Assembly: GCA_977030845.1 (NCBI GenBank)
Contig: OZ365111.1
Span: 41,850,001-41,914,000 of the forward strand
DNA: 64,000 bases
Source of the DNA: Fimbriosthenelais zetlandica
Lineage: Eukaryota
Direction: 5' to 3'
Of the stretch, positions 59,197-64,000 are shown piece after piece. The translations under genes were made by a program, and so were the position numbers. Every line of letters begins with the position of its first letter. Position 1 is the first letter of the stretch. The notes beneath the pieces are model-generated. The model saw only the letters and a list, made by a program, of their open reading frames with translations. It had not been told where the DNA came from and made no database searches.

Positions 59197-59580
59197 TGGA
59201 CTAACCAATGTATCTTAAATGAAGGACTGACCCAGGTATGATTAGCGATGGTCATGCAGTCATGTTTCTTTGACTCATCGACAGATTTACTAATGGACTA
59301 ACCCATGTATCTTCAATGAAGGACTGACCCAGGTAAGATTAGCGATGGTCATGCAGTCATGTTTCTTTGATTCATCGACAGATTTACTAATGGACTAACC
59401 AATGTATCTTAAATGAAAGACTGACCCAAGTAAGAGTAGCAATGGTCATGCAGTCATTTTTCTTTGACTCATCGACAGATTTACTAATGGACTAACCCAA
59501 ATGTATCTTCAATGAAGGACTGACCCAGGTATGATTAGCATTGGCCATGCAGTCATGTTTCTTTGATTCATGGACTAACC
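59197..59580. repeat. 97-bp tandem repeat, about 4 copies
   Basis: Unit starts tggactaacc at 59197, 59294, 59391 and 59488; the last copy is shortened and followed by tggactaacc at 59571. Degenerate related sequence lies at about 59060-59190. Confidence 0.95.
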
Positions 59581-60325
59581 TATAACCAGGGATTAAATAG
59601 AGCTACCGGTATATTAAGCCTTACTTTGTAGGTGTATATATATACCCGTCACACTCTGACTATATACATGTTTCATCAGGGCGGTGGACAACCTGGTGAG
59701 GGGTAGGGACCCTGCTGGTCATAATTCACTCTAGTCTGGCCCTCCTCCCTCAGCTTTCTTCATGTATCGCCTCTACCCACCTGATAAAACTGTCTCAATT
59801 ACAATGCAATCACTCAGAAACCTGAACTGGCATACTCCCATCTATCTATCATCCCCCATATCAACTCAATGTCATTCAATCAATCCCACATGCATGTGTC
59901 GATGGCATCAAACATTTATTATAAAGTATTATTCAGGCTTCATGTGAGGTTTGTAAATGTGCCCATCACGACTGTCGTTATCACCGCCATATTGTTCAGC
60001 CTACATAATATATCCACCAGAGATAATAATAATGTCATCTAAAACTCCATAAATAATCCATAATTAGGATGGTCACTCCTAAGGTCTCTTGTCTAAGCAG
60101 TCTTAGACTGTTCACTTGGAGCATTTTACAAGAACATTAATGCAGAAGCCTGTGAATCCAATTGGTATATTCCATTAAAATGCAAGTAGAATCATGCTGG
60201 ACAATTGCATGCATATAGATCATTTTTGCATTGTGCAAGCCTCCATGAAGCACTTGGTTAAATGGAGATTGGACTTGCTAATGATAAGAGTAAAATATAC
60301 ATTGGAAGCTAGCATATTAGGTCTA

Positions 60326-60405
60326 CAGTCTGTTCATTCTAAGTTGATCCGAAACCACAGTACATATGTATGGTAGCTTCGGATCAACTTAGAGTGAACA
60401 GACTG
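60326..60405. mobile_element. 80-bp Tc1/mariner-type MITE (TA|CAGT...ACTG|TA)
   Basis: 28-bp TIRs cagtctgttcattctaagttgatccgaa and ttcggatcaacttagagtgaacagactg with one mismatch. TA on both sides (60324-60325, 60406-60407). Confidence 0.75.
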
Positions 60406-63400
60406 TACATCTCGAGTTCTTTAACTTCCACATTACAAATTAAAAGATGTCACTATTATGTAAATATCTCGTTTAGTCGTATATATACAGTATATTGGGT
60501 GAATATGAAGATAGTGAGGTATTAATAACAAAAACTTAATGAACTTATGGTATAAATAAAACGAAGTTAGGTAACACCTTGTTTGTGAATGTCAATGGAA
60601 GAGGCAAATATAAGTGTACATGAAGATGCTGTGATATATGAGGAGAGTTCAAACAGCTATTTATTTTAGAGACGATGCAGTATCGAGTTTAATTCTCCCC
60701 TGCAGTCAACGTGGGAATCGATATCGCGCCTAGTATATAACCTGCCATACGTACCAGCTAAAAAATCAATCCCAGTGTTCACTGGTCTCACGAACTCAAA
60801 CTCACCCACAGAGATGAGCCTTCCAGGTCTTAAAAGTGTGAGATGGTCTTAAGATTTTCAAATGAGGTCTATATTAATATAGGGCAGCTTTAGGAAATCA
60901 CAATGGTTATAATTCCTCCAGTTGGGAGTCTTAGTGACGTCTTAAGACGGTCTTATGCACTCTAGACATCATAAAGGTTCGCAGGACTTCGAATGGATCA
61001 ATTCCACCTTCTATATATGCTACATTCATGCAAGGTCTTATTTTCAGAGAGAAAGGTGGTAAAGGGGAGGGGGGCTAGCAATAAAGAAAGCCAGATTGCG
61101 CCTCAGTCTACATTTACGATTACTGTTAAGGAACATAACACTGGCTTAAAAGCAGATGAACATCAATAATAGATCACACTGCCAGCTGTGCGATCCATTT
61201 CTCTTCCGTCCCTTGAGACCACCCCCTGCCGAAATTAAATCATTTTGCAACTTTATCCCCAGTTCCTCTCAAATCTGACTCATCTCCTCTCAAAATAATA
61301 TATTGGAGAATAACATAGATTTCATCCTGTTTCGATTCTTGGGAAACGATTAGTTTAGGTTTCCATGGGTTCTATGATCATAGATAAAAATAAGTTCTGT
61401 CTGCCAATGAAATATATGCTCAAAATTGTATCTAGATTTATTAGTATAAGTCAATTAACGAGCACTAGACTGTGAACTTCAAAAAGTACACATTTTCTCA
61501 ACTCCAACCCCGCAAGTAGGCATATTATGCACTATAGGTTACAACATACTTCGGAGCATATATTTTGTTAATCAGCTTAGCAGAGCGTTCTTAAGAAGCA
61601 GACCTCGGGTCAGTAACTAAAACATTTCATCCACTTTCCCTGCTGGGGAAAAAGAACCAATGTTTAGAGGCACAGGAAGTGATAGCCCGCCCATCCTCTC
61701 GCCACATTTTTCTAGATATCAGCAATGCTGTAGATGGGACAGATTACCAGCCCAGGGGATATCATGTGGTGGATGGTCTATCGCAGCTTTCAACAAGTTA
61801 ACGTCTATTCCAATAGTCTCACAGAGATTATAAGCCAGTGAAGATGCGACATAAATCAACAGAGGAGAGAGAGAGACTAGAGAGAAAAGGAAAGAAAGAA
61901 ATTGCAGTCAAGACTTCGAGGATTCATAAAGAAGGAAGGGCTAATAAGAGAAGGATGAAGTGAGGATGAGGAGGAAGGGAGGGAAAAGAATGCCTGCTGC
62001 AGGGGACTGTCAAGAAGAGTAAAACCTTAACCCATCACACTACCGGTACACATTATGTCGCCAGGTCATGTGACAAGATATCGCCTTTGTCACTTGTGGA
62101 GATGATCGGAAAGCCATATTCGCCCATTGCACAACCAACTGTCGACTATGCATTGCCGATTTGCAACATCAAGGTTGATTGCATTTGCGACATGTTGTGT
62201 TGTAGCGATATTTGTCGCGAAACAAAGTCAACGCTGTGGAGTATGAATGGGTTTAAAATCAAAGAAAGACAGGACGGGAGGTAAAAGAGGAAAGGGAAGA
62301 AAGAAAGGAGTAGGAACAATAACGTGTTTGGGAATAATTACACATACTGAGCGAAAGGTGCACTGGACTACATGGGTCCGACTACACTGCGGCGATTTTG
62401 CTGGCGACACGACTGCGACATGTCTGTGATAATATTTAACTTACCCGGTTAATTTATTGAAAAAAAAAAATTAAGATGGAAATGTGGGTGTTTGTAATTC
62501 AAAATATTTTGAGAATAGACATGATAACGAGTGTAGGTTAATTATTAATTAAAAATATTTTTTTTAAATCAGCATCATATATTCATATAAATATATTCAT
62601 AATCAAACCAAATGTATGGAGTATTAGAGAGAGTATTAAAGCCTTGCCTACGAATGGGGCTGTCTGTTAGACTGAGTTGACAATTAGGAAAAAATAACAC
62701 TTAGAATGCTGTTACCTTGTAGTGGTACCATTCCTACCTATTGTGTATAGACAGGACGGGAATTGATGAAGGATAAAAAAGGCAAGGTCTCCTGATCCAG
62801 TTTCCTTTCATTTTTCCTGTTTTTCTTTTGCCAGGTTTTGCATTCATTTCTAAGTCATCACTATTCCTACAATTTATAAACTTCCCCTGTAAGGGGAATG
62901 GGCGAGGAATTGACAAGAAAAGGGCGGGATCGGCGAGCGAGGAGGAACATTCCTCTCTCCTCTCCTGGCACTCTTCTAACTAGGCTCGGTCATGCCTTCA
63001 TTTCTTGTGTTTTCATGCGATTTTTTGGAGGCTGAGAGAAACGCAAGTGCAAACCTTAAACAATGACTCGCCCCACCTATATAAGAGTTAATATTGTCAG
63101 GAATGAAATTGTATCTAATATAGCTTTGTTATATTTTAAATAATATTTCGAACGATTCATAGTTCTAACAACACCAGAGTGGAACGATTGTCATATAATT
63201 AAATAATACATCATGTATTATAATTAAATGCCAATCGAAAACCACAATCATTTGTAATTAAGCTATAAAAACAAAAATAAAAGTTTTCTCGAAACCTTCA
63301 ACCCTTTAATGTAGGCCTTTCAGTTTAAACTATTTTAAATATATATATCTACCTTGAAAAATAATATATTTAACTTATCAAACTGTGTGCTATCAATGTA

Positions 63401-64000
63401 TGCCGCCGTGGGGTGGGGGTATCAGCCGTAACGATGGTTACGAGGGATGGGCGTGTCGCTCCTTTATAGTATTGCCTTTATAGTCTTCTGGTGTACACCC
63501 CTCATAAAATACCACTCCTGTTATATAGCCATGGGTGGTCAGTTTAACATTCTACCATAAACTTGGTATCAATTATAGGTTCAGATTAAACTGGTGTTTT
63601 CTAGCTTCCAGCAGCTTTCCTTTTCTATAGATGTTGCATGAGCTAATAATATTAATTATCTCAAATATGAAATTAGATTGGGGAAAGTAAATTGGGGTAT
63701 GTTTTAAATACATATTTATTATTCTTGCTCACGACAAGACAAATCTGAATTGTCCCGATCATAATTTCGACAGGTGTATTCTTGGAATGTTATTTTATGC
63801 GAGGCAGGTCAACATTATGAGCCTTTGTCCATATGCAACCCTGCATGCAGATCTTTAAAGAATAGGAAGAAACAATGTGACAACTAAGGGTGGGTAGGTG
63901 TCCAAAATCGCATAAAAAGCGTGACATTCCTTATGAATAGCTACTCGTCTCATAGAAAATGCATTGACAATTGGATATGGCTTTTAGATAACATAAATCT

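Overview
AT-rich, intron-rich eukaryotic genomic DNA from an invertebrate animal, probably a lophotrochozoan such as a mollusc (taxon inferred, not established). There is no sign of prokaryotic gene organisation, rRNA, tRNA genes or CRISPR. Two spliced, divergently transcribed paralogous genes for von Willebrand factor A (VWA) domain proteins were reconstructed by hand from GT-AG exons with consistent phases. The left gene (minus strand, about 3187-10350; first exon not found) encodes VWA-VWA-Thr/Pro linker-degenerate VWA. The right gene (plus strand, about 42242-52586, about 430 aa) encodes signal peptide-VWA-Pro/Thr linker-degenerate VWA. Both end in the same unusual VWA subtype that lacks the MIDAS motif; in the left gene this domain carries an acidic insertion of about 43 aa. 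Intron 2 of the right gene holds a sense-oriented Ty3/Gypsy-type LTR element: a 255-bp LTR, a tRNA-Ala-type PBS and a fully open 464-codon gag ORF, with no intact pol and no 3' LTR. It is a candidate retained or domesticated gag and the most interesting item in the window. The rest is non-coding, with several very short MITE families (Harbinger-like with CWG target duplications, Tc1/mariner-like with TA, Mutator-like with 9 bp), a perfect palindrome, 36-bp and 97-bp tandem repeats, microsatellites, and strong enrichment of the palindromes TAGGCCTA and TACATGTA. Most other short ORFs in the supplied track look spurious.
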